Shown here in pieces: positions 1 through 11,200 of a stretch of DNA of 64,000 nt; within the stretch, counting starts at the first letter, position 1, and the number at the start of each line of letters is the position of its first letter. Location of the stretch: contig CAVYGB010000008.1 in NCBI GenBank assembly GCA_963767925.1, forward strand, positions 608,001-672,000, read 5' to 3'. The notes under the pieces were generated by a model. It made no database searches. It was not told the DNA's origin and saw nothing but the letters and a program-made list of their open reading frames with translations. This stretch comes from an uncultured delta proteobacterium. Lineage in GTDB: Bacteria > Myxococcota_A > Polyangia > Fen-1088. The position numbers were made by a program, and so were the translations under genes.

Positions 1-75
1 AAGCAGGGATGTTTGGCGTTTCCGTCGCGGGGACTTTCCTCTTGCTGCCCGACCCGCGGGGTTTACCCTGGCGCC

Positions 76-426
76 ATGTCGATCGAGGCCCTGGTCCCCC
101 TGCTGCGGGCGTTCGTGGCCGAGCGCGAGTGGGCCCGCTTTCACGATCCCAAGAACCTGGCCATGTTGCTGGCCTCCGAGGCGGGCGAGCTGCTCGCCGA
201 ATACCGCTGGATCGCCAGCGATCAGGCCGACGCGGCCTCGCGCGAGCCGGCCCTGCGGGCCCGGGTGGCGGCCGAGATCGGCGACGTCGGCATCGCCCTG
301 CTGCTCCTGTGCGACCGGATCGGCCTCGACCTGCAGGAGGCCATGGCGGCCAAGCTCGAGGTCAACCGGCGCAAGTACCCGGCCGACCTGGTCCGGGGCC
401 GGGCCGATCGGCCCGAGCCCGGCTGA
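76..426 (+). CDS. MazG-like nucleotide pyrophosphohydrolase (dCTP diphosphatase type)
   Basis: EREWARFHDPKNLAMLLASEAGELL...AEIGDV...KLEVNRRKYP; ATG at 76. Confidence 0.9.
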   Translation: MSIEALVPLLRAFVAEREWARFHDPKNLAMLLASEAGELLAEYRWIASDQADAASREPALRARVAAEIGDVGIALLLLCDRIGLDLQEAMAAKLEVNRRKYPADLVRGRADRPEPG

Positions 427-435
427 GGCGCGGTC

Positions 436-2124
436 TCACTTGTCTGGCACCGGCTTCTCCTCGCCGTGCACCGTGAGCAGCGGGTGCTTGACCAGCGCCC
501 GGAACTCGTAGCCCTGCCGGCGGTCGAGGTCCTTGATGGTGGCGCTGAACTGGCCCGGCGCCTGCCGGCGCACCAGGCCGGTGGGACGCCAGGGGGCGTC
601 GGCGTGGAGCAGCTCCTCCACCTGCTTGCGCCGGCGGTATTCGAAGCCCACCTCGACCGCGGGGGCCTGCCCGAGCGACCCGAGGTCGCCCACCAGGACC
701 GCCTCGCTCTGTCCGGGCCCCGGCTGCGCCCGCACGGTGGCGACGGCGGGCGGGCTGAGGGCCGCCTCGACGTGGGTCAGCTTCACCACCAGCGGATTGG
801 GGTACTTGCGGGCGTTGTACAGGCGCTGGGCCATCATGATGTCGAGCTCCAGCCCGCGGCCGTCGTCGCGCCAGCGCGGGCTGGCGTCCACGTCGGGCCG
901 GTATTCGAGGATCTTGCCGTCGGCCCCCAGCACGCTCACCTGCGTCGCGGTGGTGGGACGGATCGATCGGATCCGGAAGCTCTTGCGCTCCCCCATGACC
1001 CAGGGCGTGCTGGTGATGAAGACGTAGACGGTGTCCTCGTCCTTCTTCTTGGTGAACCAGAGGTTCCCCTCGTTCGTCACCACCCAGGGGCGCACCGCCG
1101 TGATCGACTCGCCGAAGGCGAAGTTCCAGAGGGCGAGCTCGCGCAGGCGCTCCTCCTGCTCGATGGGCAGCTCGCCGTCGGGCTTGGGCCCCACGTTGAG
1201 CAGCAGGTTGCCCCCCTTGGCCCGGGTCTCGATCAGGATCTGGATGAGCTCGCTGCCCGAGCGGTACTTGTCGTGGGTGGGCTGATATTGCCAGGCGGTC
1301 CCCATGGTCAGGCAGGACTCCCAGACCCGGTTGAGGGGCACCCCGGGGATGGTCTGCTCGGGCGTCTCGATCACGTCGCGGGTGATGACGGCGTCGGGCT
1401 GGGCCTTCCAGATCACGTCGCGCATGCCGGCCGCGGGACCGTCGAGGAACCAGACGTCGACGCGGCCGTAGCGGGTGGCCAGCTCGCGCAGCTGCTCGCG
1501 GTCGACCTTCATCAGCTCCGGGTTCTCCTGGGGCAACACGCCGGGGTGGGGCCGCCGGGTGACCGGCTTGCCGTTCGTGTGCAGCCAGTGGAAGTCCTCG
1601 GGCGAAAAGTACAGGCCCACCGCCAGCCCCTGCTTGCGGAAGGCGCGCACGACCTCCCCCAGCAGGTCGCGCCGCTCGGGGGTGCGGGCCAGGGAAAACG
1701 GGGTGGTCTTCGTGTTCCACATGGCGAAGCCCGAGTGGTGCTTGGCGGTGAACACGACGTATTTCATCCCGGCCAGACGGGCCAGCACCGCCCAGGCCTC
1801 GGGGTTGAACTTGCGCGGGTGGAAGGTCTTCGGCAGGTCCTCGAAGTAGCGCTTGCGGTAGTCCTCGCTGGCCCCGGCCAGCGAGTGGCTGATGTCCGAT
1901 CCGATCTGGCTGTCGACGCTCCAGTGGATGAACATCCCGAAGCCCAGGTCCCGGAACCAATCGAGGCGCTGGGGTTTGTTGTCGAAGCCGTCGGCCAGCT
2001 CGGGGCGGTCGGTGGAGGGAGGCGCGGCCCGGGCCGGGGCGAGCAGGCCGGCCCCGAGCAGGGCAGCGGCCAGCAGGCCGCGGGAGGACCAAGCGCGAGA
2101 GCGGACGCGTCCGGAAGAGCGCAT
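436..2124 (-). CDS. Secreted alpha-L-fucosidase (GH29) with C-terminal extension
   Basis: Signal peptide; WFRDLGFGMFIHW, AGMKYVVFTAKHHSGF, WFLDG, GGNLLLNVGPKPDG. Confidence 0.9.
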   Translation of the reverse strand: MRSSGRVRSRAWSSRGLLAAALLGAGLLAPARAAPPSTDRPELADGFDNKPQRLDWFRDLGFGMFIHWSVDSQIGSDISHSLAGASEDYRKRYFEDLPKTFHPRKFNPEAWAVLARLAGMKYVVFTAKHHSGFAMWNTKTTPFSLARTPERRDLLGEVVRAFRKQGLAVGLYFSPEDFHWLHTNGKPVTRRPHPGVLPQENPELMKVDREQLRELATRYGRVDVWFLDGPAAGMRDVIWKAQPDAVITRDVIETPEQTIPGVPLNRVWESCLTMGTAWQYQPTHDKYRSGSELIQILIETRAKGGNLLLNVGPKPDGELPIEQEERLRELALWNFAFGESITAVRPWVVTNEGNLWFTKKKDEDTVYVFITSTPWVMGERKSFRIRSIRPTTATQVSVLGADGKILEYRPDVDASPRWRDDGRGLELDIMMAQRLYNARKYPNPLVVKLTHVEAALSPPAVATVRAQPGPGQSEAVLVGDLGSLGQAPAVEVGFEYRRRKQVEELLHADAPWRPTGLVRRQAPGQFSATIKDLDRRQGYEFRALVKHPLLTVHGEEKPVPDK

Positions 2125-2165
2125 GCGCGGCAGACTACACCGGCAGCGTCCGCGTGGGGCGGCGC

Positions 2166-3599
2166 TCAGCCGAGGACTGCGTCGACGCTCTCGCCGAGGA
2201 TCCGGACCATGTCCCTCAGGTCCTCGGGAGCGGTGACGAGCGGCGGGAACAGGTACATCGTGTCGCCCAGCGGCCGGAGCAGCGCGCCCCGGCGCAGCGC
2301 CTCGGCGTAGATCCGGTAGCCGGTGCGCGCCCGGGGGTCGAGGGGGCCGCCGCCGGGCGCCTGCAGATCGACCGCCGCGACGAGGCCAATCGAGCGCAGG
2401 TTGGCCAGGAAAGGCCGCCGCTCGACCAGCGCCCGCATCGCCTCGTGCAGCAGGCCGGCGCGCGCGCCGACCTGACCGAGGATGTCCTCCTCGGCGTAGA
2501 CCGCGAGGGTGGCCAGCGCCGCCGCCACCGCCAGGGCGTTGCCGGTATAGGTGTTCGAGTGCAAAAAGGCCCGGCGATCGAAGTAGTCGGCGTCGAACAG
2601 GTCGTAGATCGCGTCGGTGGTCAGCACCGCCGACAGCGGCAGGAAGCCGGCGGTGAGCCCCTTGGACAGCACGACGAAGTCGGGCAACACCGGGGTCGGA
2701 TCGGCGCCCGGGGCGGCGAGGTGGGTGGCCAGGGCCGCCCCCACCCGGCCCATCCCGGCGGCGATCTCGTCGGCGATGAGGTACACCTGCCGCGTCCGGG
2801 CCCAGGCCGCCAGCCGGGCGAACAGCGCGGGGCTCAGCAGGCGCATGCCACCGGCCGCCTGCAGGACCGGCTCGTAGACGACGCCGGCCAGGGTGGGGGC
2901 CAGCGCGTCCAGCCGGGCGGCCAGCTCCGACCACTCGGGCTCGGGATCCAGCCAGCGGGGGTCGTGGGGCCCCAGGCGGTAGGGCAGGGGCGACAGCCGG
3001 TCCACCGGGAAGGTCAGCGCCTTGAACGGATCGCCGTAGAGGCCCAGGTCTCCGACCGACAGCGCCCCCACCGTCTCGCCGTGGTAGCCGTTGGCGAAGG
3101 AGGCGAAGCGCGTGCGCCCGGCGCCGGCCGGCCCGCGCTGGGCCTGCGCCTGCAGGGCCATCTTCAGCGCGATCTCGACCCCCGTCGAACCGTTGTCGGC
3201 GAGGAACACCCGCCCGAAGTGGCCCTCGGGGCGTCCCGCCGGCGCGGCCGCTCCGAAGCGGGCGGCAGGCAGGCCGTTGGCCAGGGCCAGCACCCGCTCG
3301 CACAGGGCGACCAGAGGCGCGTGGGTGAGGCCCGCGACCATGACGTGCTCGAAGGCCTCGAGCTGATCGGAGACGGCCCGGCGCAGGCGGGGGTGGGCAT
3401 GCCCCAGCGACTTGCACCACCAGCTCGAGATGGCGTCGTGGAGCACGCGCCCGTCGGCCAGGTGCAGCCGGCAGCCCTGCGCGCGCACCACCTCGAGCGG
3501 GGGCAACGCGCGGTAGTCGCGCATCTGGCTGCAGGGGTGCCAGAAGACCTGCAGGTCGCGCGCGATGAGGCCGGTCAGCTCAGAAGGCGACCTGGACAC
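2166..3599 (-). CDS. bioA: Adenosylmethionine-8-amino-7-oxononanoate aminotransferase
   Basis: WHPCSQM, DAISSWWC, GYHGETVGA, LIADEIAAG, SKGLTAGFLPLS, HSNTYTGN, LRPLGDTMY. Confidence 0.92.
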   Translation of the reverse strand: MSRSPSELTGLIARDLQVFWHPCSQMRDYRALPPLEVVRAQGCRLHLADGRVLHDAISSWWCKSLGHAHPRLRRAVSDQLEAFEHVMVAGLTHAPLVALCERVLALANGLPAARFGAAAPAGRPEGHFGRVFLADNGSTGVEIALKMALQAQAQRGPAGAGRTRFASFANGYHGETVGALSVGDLGLYGDPFKALTFPVDRLSPLPYRLGPHDPRWLDPEPEWSELAARLDALAPTLAGVVYEPVLQAAGGMRLLSPALFARLAAWARTRQVYLIADEIAAGMGRVGAALATHLAAPGADPTPVLPDFVVLSKGLTAGFLPLSAVLTTDAIYDLFDADYFDRRAFLHSNTYTGNALAVAAALATLAVYAEEDILGQVGARAGLLHEAMRALVERRPFLANLRSIGLVAAVDLQAPGGGPLDPRARTGYRIYAEALRRGALLRPLGDTMYLFPPLVTAPEDLRDMVRILGESVDAVLG

Positions 3600-5133
3600 C
3601 CGCGTTGATCTCGACCAGCATGCCGAAGTTCCAGCCGGCCCCCAGGGCGCGGGCCTCGGCCAGCGCCGCCACCCGGTCGCTGAAGTTGTAGGCCATTCCG
3701 GCTCCCAGCCCGCCGACCAGCGGCCCCACCACGACCGTGTCGCTGGCGACCAGCCCCAGCTCCCGATCGGGATCCACCTTCATCCGCAGGGCCGACCCTC
3801 CTCCCAGGGCGGCGCTGCCCAGGACCTGGAAGTCGCCGAGGTCGACGAGGGCGTACTGGAACCGGAGCATCGCCGCGTGGGCCGTCCGGGGCGGGGCCCC
3901 GGTGGCCTCCGCGTCGCCCGATCCGCTCGGCGGCAGGTACTGGTGGCGCGACTGCACCGACAGGGCCGCCCGCTCGCCGAGCTGGAGGCCGATCTCGGGG
4001 ATGGCGTGACCCAGCCCGACCGGCGAGATCCCGGTGGTGACCGCCCGCCGGGGATGCCGCTCGAGCGGCCGCCGGCCGTGCCAGCCCCAGCCGTTGCCCA
4101 GGCCCAGCCCGACCCAGATGCTGCCGGGGGCCCGCCGGGAGAGCAGGGCGCGCGCGCCGCTGAGGGCGGCCTCCCGCTCGCGCAGCTCGAGGGGCGAGCT
4201 CTCCGTGCCGGCGCTGGTCTCGGCGGCGATCTGCAGAGCGGCCAGCGCGCCGATGCCCACCGGGGGGGCACCCTCCTTGAGGGCGATGACGTTCGGCGAG
4301 TCGCTCTTGCCGTTGCGGACGGCTACGTCGTTGCCGTCGCCGTGGGCCTCGAAGTAAAACTGCAGCGAGCGGCCCATGACCTGGCCGGCCGGGACCACCG
4401 CGGTGAACCAGCCCTTCTTGCTCCGGTTCATCGTCACGGGGGTGAAGATCTCGCCCGAGGAGGGCCGGTAGTAGGCCATCACCTTGCTGACCCGGATCTC
4501 GGGCTGGGTCAGGCATCGGAGGTTCACCTCCCGGGCCGGCGGTCCCTCGATGGGGACCGGGCAATACAGGGGCTGGGGGATGCTGGCCGGCAGGTCCGGC
4601 TCCTCGGTGGCGGCGGTGAGTCGAGCGAGCCGCAGCGCCGCCGGGCTGACCCCGCTCGGCCGGGCGGCCGCGGCCGCAGGCGGCGGGGCGGCGGCCGGCT
4701 GCGCCACCGCCGGCTGGGTGGGGATCAGCTTGCGCGCCTGCGCGAGGTCGGCCTCGAGCGCCGGCGTCGACAGCTTGGGGGTCAAGCGGATGTCGGGGCG
4801 GATCTGCAGGGCCTGGGCGAAGGTGGTGATGCCCTCGTCCCGCTGCTTGAGCCCCACGATGGTGACGACGGCGAGGTGAACGAAGGTCCGCGCCGTCATG
4901 TCGTGTCCGTCGAGGCGGGCGCTCCGGCCGAGCGCGATCGCGTCGAGCAGCAGCTTGCGGGCGGTCTGATGGCGGCCGGCGGTGTGGGCCGCGAGCGCCT
5001 TCTTGTTGAGGTCCACCATCTGGCGGAGCGTGCGCTCCTCGTTGGCGGCGAGAGCGGGCGCTCGCAGAGCCGTCCCGATCCCCGTCGCCAGGGCCAGCAC
5101 CAACAGGAAGCGCGCGAGCAAAGAGGTGTTCAT
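3580..5133 (-). CDS. Secreted TPR-containing protein with probable C-terminal outer-membrane beta-barrel
   Basis: Signal peptide, TPR-like helices, Pro/Ala linker, amphipathic beta-strands ending GVQVAF. Confidence 0.7.
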   Translation of the reverse strand: MNTSLLARFLLVLALATGIGTALRAPALAANEERTLRQMVDLNKKALAAHTAGRHQTARKLLLDAIALGRSARLDGHDMTARTFVHLAVVTIVGLKQRDEGITTFAQALQIRPDIRLTPKLSTPALEADLAQARKLIPTQPAVAQPAAAPPPAAAAARPSGVSPAALRLARLTAATEEPDLPASIPQPLYCPVPIEGPPAREVNLRCLTQPEIRVSKVMAYYRPSSGEIFTPVTMNRSKKGWFTAVVPAGQVMGRSLQFYFEAHGDGNDVAVRNGKSDSPNVIALKEGAPPVGIGALAALQIAAETSAGTESSPLELREREAALSGARALLSRRAPGSIWVGLGLGNGWGWHGRRPLERHPRRAVTTGISPVGLGHAIPEIGLQLGERAALSVQSRHQYLPPSGSGDAEATGAPPRTAHAAMLRFQYALVDLGDFQVLGSAALGGGSALRMKVDPDRELGLVASDTVVVGPLVGGLGAGMAYNFSDRVAALAEARALGAGWNFGMLVEINAGVQVAF

Positions 5134-5244
5134 GCAGCGTTGCCCCACGGCGGCGCAATCCTAGTCAGGCGGCCAGGGTTTTCCAGCTTCAGGACTGCAT
5201 TTTCGACCCTCAAAAGCCACGACGCGACACGGGGTTGGACCCCG

Positions 5245-6192
5245 TCACCCGGGAACATCGACGGTGACGGCGTTCCTGACCACGCGATCGAGCAGAAAGC
5301 ACGGCGCCAGTTGCGACGGCGTTACGAGCGTGCCGGCAGGGCACAGGCCGGCGGAGGTGGCCAGCGCGCCAACCACCACCTCGGGAGCGATCCCCCTGCG
5401 GCGCAGATCGGCCAGGGCCTGCGGCCGGGTGCGCTTGGCCAGCCGCTCGCCGGCGGGGGAGAGGACCAGGGGGACGTGCCCGAACCAGGGCGGGGGCAGG
5501 CCGAGGGCCCGGTACAGCGCGAGCTGCCGGGGCGTGGAGGTGAGCAGGTCATCGCCGCGCACCACCTCGCTGATCCCCATGGCGGCGTCGTCGACGACAA
5601 CCGCGAGCTGATAGGCCGCCCCGCCGTCGGCGCGGCGGATGACGAAGTCGTCGAGCCCCTCGGCCCCGAGCGGATCGACCGGGCCGTGGATCCGGTCGGA
5701 GAACGCCCAGCGCTGCCCGGCGCCCCGGAAACGCACCGTCGGGCGCCGCCCCTGCGCGGCGGCCCGCGCCGCCACCTCGGCGGGATCGAGGTCGCGGCAG
5801 GTGCCCGGGTACCGGGGGCCGTCCTCGCCGTGGGGGGCGGTGGCGGCCCGGGCCACGTCGGCGCGCGAGCAAGCGCAGGCGAAGGCCTGGCCCCCCTCGA
5901 GCAGGCGCCGGGTGGCCTCGTCGTAACGGGCGGCGCGCTCGCTCTGGCGGTAGGGCGCCGACGGGCCACCGACGTCGGGCCCCTCGTCCCAGTCCAGGCC
6001 CAGCCAGATCAGCTCCTCGAGGATGGCCACCTCGGCCCCGGGCACCAGGCGGCTGGTGTCGAGGTCCTCGATGCGCAGGACCATGCGCCCGCCCGCCGAT
6101 CGCGCGCTCAGCCAGGCCAGCAGCGCGGTGCGGAGGTTGCCGAGGTGCATGGCACCGGTGGGGCTGGGGGCGAAGCGACCGCTGGCGCGCAT
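5245..6192 (-). CDS. gluQ: Glutamyl-Q tRNA(Asp) synthetase
   Basis: GRFAPSPTGAMHLGN, LRIEDLD, CACSR, YPGTCR, YQLAVVVDD, RLAKR; no anticodon-binding domain. Confidence 0.9.
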   Translation of the reverse strand: MRASGRFAPSPTGAMHLGNLRTALLAWLSARSAGGRMVLRIEDLDTSRLVPGAEVAILEELIWLGLDWDEGPDVGGPSAPYRQSERAARYDEATRRLLEGGQAFACACSRADVARAATAPHGEDGPRYPGTCRDLDPAEVAARAAAQGRRPTVRFRGAGQRWAFSDRIHGPVDPLGAEGLDDFVIRRADGGAAYQLAVVVDDAAMGISEVVRGDDLLTSTPRQLALYRALGLPPPWFGHVPLVLSPAGERLAKRTRPQALADLRRRGIAPEVVVGALATSAGLCPAGTLVTPSQLAPCFLLDRVVRNAVTVDVPG

Positions 6193-6210
6193 GCCGTCCG
6201 CCGAGACGTT

Positions 6211-6699
6211 ATGATGGCGACCGCCGCCGAGCCAACCGTCACCGTGAGCCCCCCCGAAGATCCCCCGAAGGCTACCCCGAACGCGCCACCCGACGTCCGC
6301 TCGGATTCCCCGCCGGACGTCCCCCCGCAGGTGCGCCCGCCCGATGCCGCCGCCGGGTTCGAGGACGTGGGGGCCGAGGCCGAGGTGGGCGAGGGGACGA
6401 TGAAAGGCTTCGACGTCGCCGGGGAACGCGTGCTGGTGGCCCGGACCGGAGGATGCCTGTTCGCGGTCGGCGGGATCTGCACCCACCAGATCGCCTACCT
6501 CGAGGACGGGGCCCTGGAGGACGCCTGCGTGAGCTGTCCCCGCCACGGCGCCAGCTTCGACCTGCGCACCGGCGCGCCCCTGACCGCCCCGGCCGACATG
6601 CCCATTCCGGTCTACGCCGTGCGGGTCGCGGGCGGCCGGATCCTCGTCTCGCGCCAGCCCCGCCGCGACCTCACGCCACCCCCTTGCCCGGGTTCATGA
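6211..6699 (+). CDS. Rieske [2Fe-2S] ferredoxin with Pro-rich N-terminal extension
   Basis: CTH...CPRHGASFDLRTG. Confidence 0.85.
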   Translation: MMATAAEPTVTVSPPEDPPKATPNAPPDVRSDSPPDVPPQVRPPDAAAGFEDVGAEAEVGEGTMKGFDVAGERVLVARTGGCLFAVGGICTHQIAYLEDGALEDACVSCPRHGASFDLRTGAPLTAPADMPIPVYAVRVAGGRILVSRQPRRDLTPPPCPGS

Positions 6700-8095
6700 T
6701 GCCCCGGGGATCGAGGGCGTCCTTGATCCGGCGCATCAGCGCGATCTCGAGCGGGCTCTTGTAGCGGCGGATCTCCTCCCGCTTGGCCACGCCGATGCCG
6801 TGTTCGGCGCTGATCGATCCGCCCAGGCTCACGGTTATGTCGTGCACCACCTTGTGCACGTCGTCGTCGCGGGCCATGAAGGCTGCGGGATCGGCCCCCT
6901 CGGGCTGGGTGAAGTTGAAGTGCAGGTTCCCGTCGCCGACGTGGCCGAAGGGGACCGGGCGGATGCCGGGCACCAGCGCGGTCACCGCCGCGGTGACCGC
7001 GTCGACGACGGCGGGGATGCGCGAGACCGGCACCGAGATGTCGTGTTTGATGCTGGCCCCTTCCGGCTTCTGCGACTCGGAGATCCCCTCGCGCAGGCGC
7101 CAGAGCGCCGCGGCCTGGGCGGGCGTGCTGGCCAGGGCGGCGTCGTCGATCAGCCCGGCCTCGACCGCGTCGGCCAGGGCCCGCTCGGCGGTGGCGCGGT
7201 CGCAGGTCAGATCGAACAGGACGTACCAGGGGGAGGGCCGGGCCAGGGGGTCGCTCGTCCCGGGCAGGTGGCGGGTGACGAACTCGAGGGCCCGCCGGCA
7301 GATCAGCTCGAAGGCCAGCACGGCGTCGTGGGTCGCCTCGCGGACCAGCGACAGCAGGGCGACGGCCGCCTCCACGCTGGGGACCGCGGCGAAGATGGTC
7401 TCCACCTGGCGGTGCCGGGGGAACAGCTTGAGGACGGCGGCGGTGATGACCCCCAGGGTCCCCTCGGCTCCCAGGAACAGGTGCTTCAGATCGTAGCCGG
7501 TGTTGTCCTTGCGCAGGGCCCGCAGCCCGTCCCAGAGATCGCCCTGGGGCGTGACGACCTCCAGGCCCAGCACCAGCTCGCGCGCGTTGCCGTAGCGCAG
7601 GACGTGCACCCCGCCCGCGTTGGTGGAGAGGTTGCCCCCGATCTGGCAGCTCCCCTCGGCGGCCAGGCTCAGCGGGAACAGCCGATCGGCGGCGGCCGCC
7701 GCCTGCTGCACCTCCAGCAGGGTGCAGCCGGCCTCGACGGTGATCGTGTTGTCGATGGGATCGACGGCCCGCACCCGGCGCAGGCGGCCGAGGCTCAGCA
7801 AGATCTGCGTGCCATCGAGGCTCGGGATCTGTCCCCCCACCAGCCCGGTGTTGCCGCCCTGGGGGACGACGCCCACTTCGGCCTCGGCACAGGTCCGGAC
7901 GATGGCCGCCACCTCCTCGGCCCGGCCCGGGCGCAGCAGCAGCGGCGTCTGGCCCCGGTACCGGTTGCGCCACTCCTTGAGCTGGGGCGCGAGCTCCGCC
8001 GGGTCGTCGGTCCAGCCCCCTTCTCCGACGATGGCCTTGAGTCGATCCAGGGTGCGGGGGTCGGGCGGGCGCAGCATGAGTCGGTCGCATATCAT
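6671..8095 (-). CDS. FAD-binding oxidoreductase (D-2-hydroxyacid dehydrogenase/GlcD-like)
   Basis: PQGGNTGLVGG, GGNLSTNAGG, KDNTGYDLK, HVGDGNLH, SAEHGIG; start may be the ATG at 8077. Confidence 0.9.
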   Translation of the reverse strand: MICDRLMLRPPDPRTLDRLKAIVGEGGWTDDPAELAPQLKEWRNRYRGQTPLLLRPGRAEEVAAIVRTCAEAEVGVVPQGGNTGLVGGQIPSLDGTQILLSLGRLRRVRAVDPIDNTITVEAGCTLLEVQQAAAAADRLFPLSLAAEGSCQIGGNLSTNAGGVHVLRYGNARELVLGLEVVTPQGDLWDGLRALRKDNTGYDLKHLFLGAEGTLGVITAAVLKLFPRHRQVETIFAAVPSVEAAVALLSLVREATHDAVLAFELICRRALEFVTRHLPGTSDPLARPSPWYVLFDLTCDRATAERALADAVEAGLIDDAALASTPAQAAALWRLREGISESQKPEGASIKHDISVPVSRIPAVVDAVTAAVTALVPGIRPVPFGHVGDGNLHFNFTQPEGADPAAFMARDDDVHKVVHDITVSLGGSISAEHGIGVAKREEIRRYKSPLEIALMRRIKDALDPRGIMNPGKGVA

Positions 8096-8208
8096 AGCCC
8101 GCGGGACCCTGGTAGGGTCCCGCCCGCCGCGCCGAGCGCCGGCGCGGCCCGCCCGACGTCGTTCCCTCGCTTCGTCCCCGCGCTTCGCCCGCGGCGGACG
8201 GCCCTTCC

Positions 8209-11200
8209 ATGATCCACGTGACCTACTCCAACCGCACCGAGGAGCTGCTGCAGGCGCTCGCGGGTGAGGTGCGGCAGGAGCGGGCCCGGCTGGGCCCCTG
8301 GGAGCCGATCGAGCTGGTGGTCCCGAACCGCAACATCGAGACCTATCTCAAGCTCGGCCTGGCCGAGCACCTCGGGATCGCGGCCAACCTCGAGGTCTCC
8401 TTCCTGCGCGGCCTGCTGGCCCGCCTGTGCGAGCGGGTGGTGCCGGGCGCCCGCCTGGTGGACGCCCGGCAGACCGAGGGGCACCTGCTCGCGCTGTTCT
8501 TCGACGAGGCCTTCCTGGAGCAGCCCGCGCTGGCCCCGGTGCGGGAGTACCTGCTGGGGGCCGGGCCGCGCGCCGACGTCGTCGATCGCCGCCGTTGCGA
8601 GCTGGCCGCCCAGCTCGCGCGCCTGTTCGACGAATACGCCGCCTCACGCCCGGAGCTGCTGCGCGCCTGGCGGGAGCGGGCGGTGCTCGCCGATCACCCG
8701 ACGCTCGCCGGGACCGAGGTCTGGCAGCGCCGCCTCTGGCTCGAGCTGTTCGGGCCGCAGGGGCGGCTGTCCCGGCTCCGCACCGGCGAGCAGCGGGCCT
8801 TCCTGACCCTCGCCGAGCTGATCGGCGCGCTCGAGCAGGGGGACTTCCCACCGGCCGCCTTGCCACCCGGTGCGGTCCACGTCTTCGGCGTCTCGTACAT
8901 CGCGCGCAGCTTCCACGCCGCGCTGGCGGCGCTGGCCCGGCGGACGGAGGTGCACATCTACACCCTCAACCCCTGCCGCGAGTTCTGGGAGGACGTCGAG
9001 ACGGCGGCCGAGGCGCGGCGGCGGCTCAAGCGGCAGGGGCGAGAGGGGCTGCTGCCGGCGCGGGCCCGGGCCCAGCAGCCGACGCTGGCCCTCGGCGACG
9101 ACCCCTTCGATCTGCAGAGTGATCGCGAGAACCTCCCCCTGCGCCTGTGGGGCCGCCCGGGCCGCGAGAACATCCGCCTGCTGAACCAGATCGCGGCCGG
9201 CGACTTCGACGGGCGCTTCCGGGGGCAAGCCGAGCGGGGCGCGCCGGCCACCCTGCTGGCCCGCCTGCAGGACGACATCCTCGACCGGGCGCTGCCCACC
9301 GGGCCCGATCCGGCGCTGGTTGCCGACGGCAGCCTGCGGGTGTTGCCCTGCCCGGGCGTGCGCCGGGAGCTGGAGGTCGTGGCGGCCGAGATCTGGGCCC
9401 TGGTCCAGGCCGATCCGACCCTGCGCTTCAACGACATCGCCCTCATCGTCCCCGAGGCGGTCAAGCCCGCGTACCTGGCCCACCTGCCAGCGGTCTTCGC
9501 CGAGGCCCACGAGATCCCCCACTCGATCGTCGATCTGCCGCTGGGGGGCGGCCACCGCCTCGGCGAGGCGGTCGAGCTGCTGCTCGCCCTGCCCACCGGC
9601 GGGTTCACCCGGCGCGAGCTGCTGCCGCTGCTGACCCATCCCGCCCTGCTGGGGCGTTTTCCCGAGGCCAGCGCCGCCGAGTGGCTGCGCCTGGCCGAAG
9701 ATCTCGGCATCGTCCACGGCGCCGACCGCAGCGACCACGCCGGCACCTACATCCGCCGGGACGTCCTGCACTGGGACCAGGGGCTGCGGCGGCTGGCCCT
9801 GGGCGCGCTCATGGCGAGCGAGGCCCCCGCCGACGAGTCCCCGGTGACGGTCGGCGGGCAGGACCACCTGCCCCTGCCGCGCGCCTCCGACGAGCTGAAG
9901 GGCGCCCTCGGCTTCGCCCTGCTGGCCCGCTCGCTGGTCGAGGACGCGCGTTTTGCCGCCGGCGTGACCGGCCCCCGCCTCCGCCCGCTGCCCGAGTGGC
10001 TCGAGCTCGTGCGCGGTTTGCTCACCGGCTACCTCGTGCCCGACGGTCCCGACGAGGAGGCCCTGCTCGCCCGCTGCCTCACCGAGATCGACGAGCTGGC
10101 CGACCTGCCGCTCGGAGCGACGCCAATCTCCTACCGGGTCGTCGCCGACCTGCTCGGTCGGACCCTGCGAGGGCTGGGGGGCTCGCGGGGGCACTACCTG
10201 GCCCAGGGGGTCACCGTGACCTCGTTCGTGCCGATGCGGGCCATCCCCTTCCGGGCGACCTTCGTGCTGGGGCTGGGGCAGGGCAACTTCCCGGCCGGCG
10301 AGCGCCGCTCCGAGCTCGACCTCCGCCTGGCGCGCCGGCAGCTCGGCGACGTCACCACCCGCGAGCAGGACCTGTACATGTTCCTCGAGACCCTGCTGTC
10401 GGCCCGCGACCGCCTGGTCCTCTCTTACGTCGCCCGCGACGAGCTGACGGGGGCGCCGCGCGCGCCCTCGCCCGTGATCCAGGAGCTGCTCGAGATCCTC
10501 GGGGTGGGGTACCTCCGGCCCGAGGAGCTGGCCAGGCTGGCCGGGGCGGCGGACCGGCCGGCCCTGCGGCGCTACGACGATCTGCCCCGTCTCGACGTCT
10601 TGCCCCTGGCCGCGCGCGAGCGGCGGGCCAAGGCCCTCGGCCGCTCGCTGCGCCAGGCGCTGCCGCCCGGCTCGGCCATGCCCGACCTCCCCGCCCTGCA
10701 GCGGGCGCTGCCGGAAGGCGCGCTGTCCCCGCTCGAGGCGCTGCTCGGCGTGCACCGGCCGCCGCCCCGGGCGGCGGGAGCAGGCGCCCGGTCGCGCGGC
10801 GGGCGGCTGGGGCCGGGGGATGCGCGCCTGGCCGTGCCGCTGAGCGCCCTCCGGCAGTTCCTGGAGGATCCCCTGCAGGGCTCGGCCCGCTTCCGCCTGC
10901 GGCTGCGGGAGGTGGAGGGCGACGACGAGCTGGCCGAGCGCGAGGACGAGGCCTTCGAGACCGAGCGGCCGATGCGGACCCTGCTGCTGCGCGAGGCGGT
11001 GGCCCGCGCCCTGATCGGCGGGCCCGGCGCGGGCCCGGCGGACGCTCCCCTGTGGGACCGGGCGGTGGCGGCCTTCGAGGCCCTGGCCCGGCGCGAGGAG
11101 CTGCGCGGGCGGGCGCCCACCGGCTTTTACGCCGAGGCCGAGCGGCCGGCGCTGCTGGCCGTCCTGCGCGGCTGGCTCGAGGAGCTGGTGATCTGGGCCG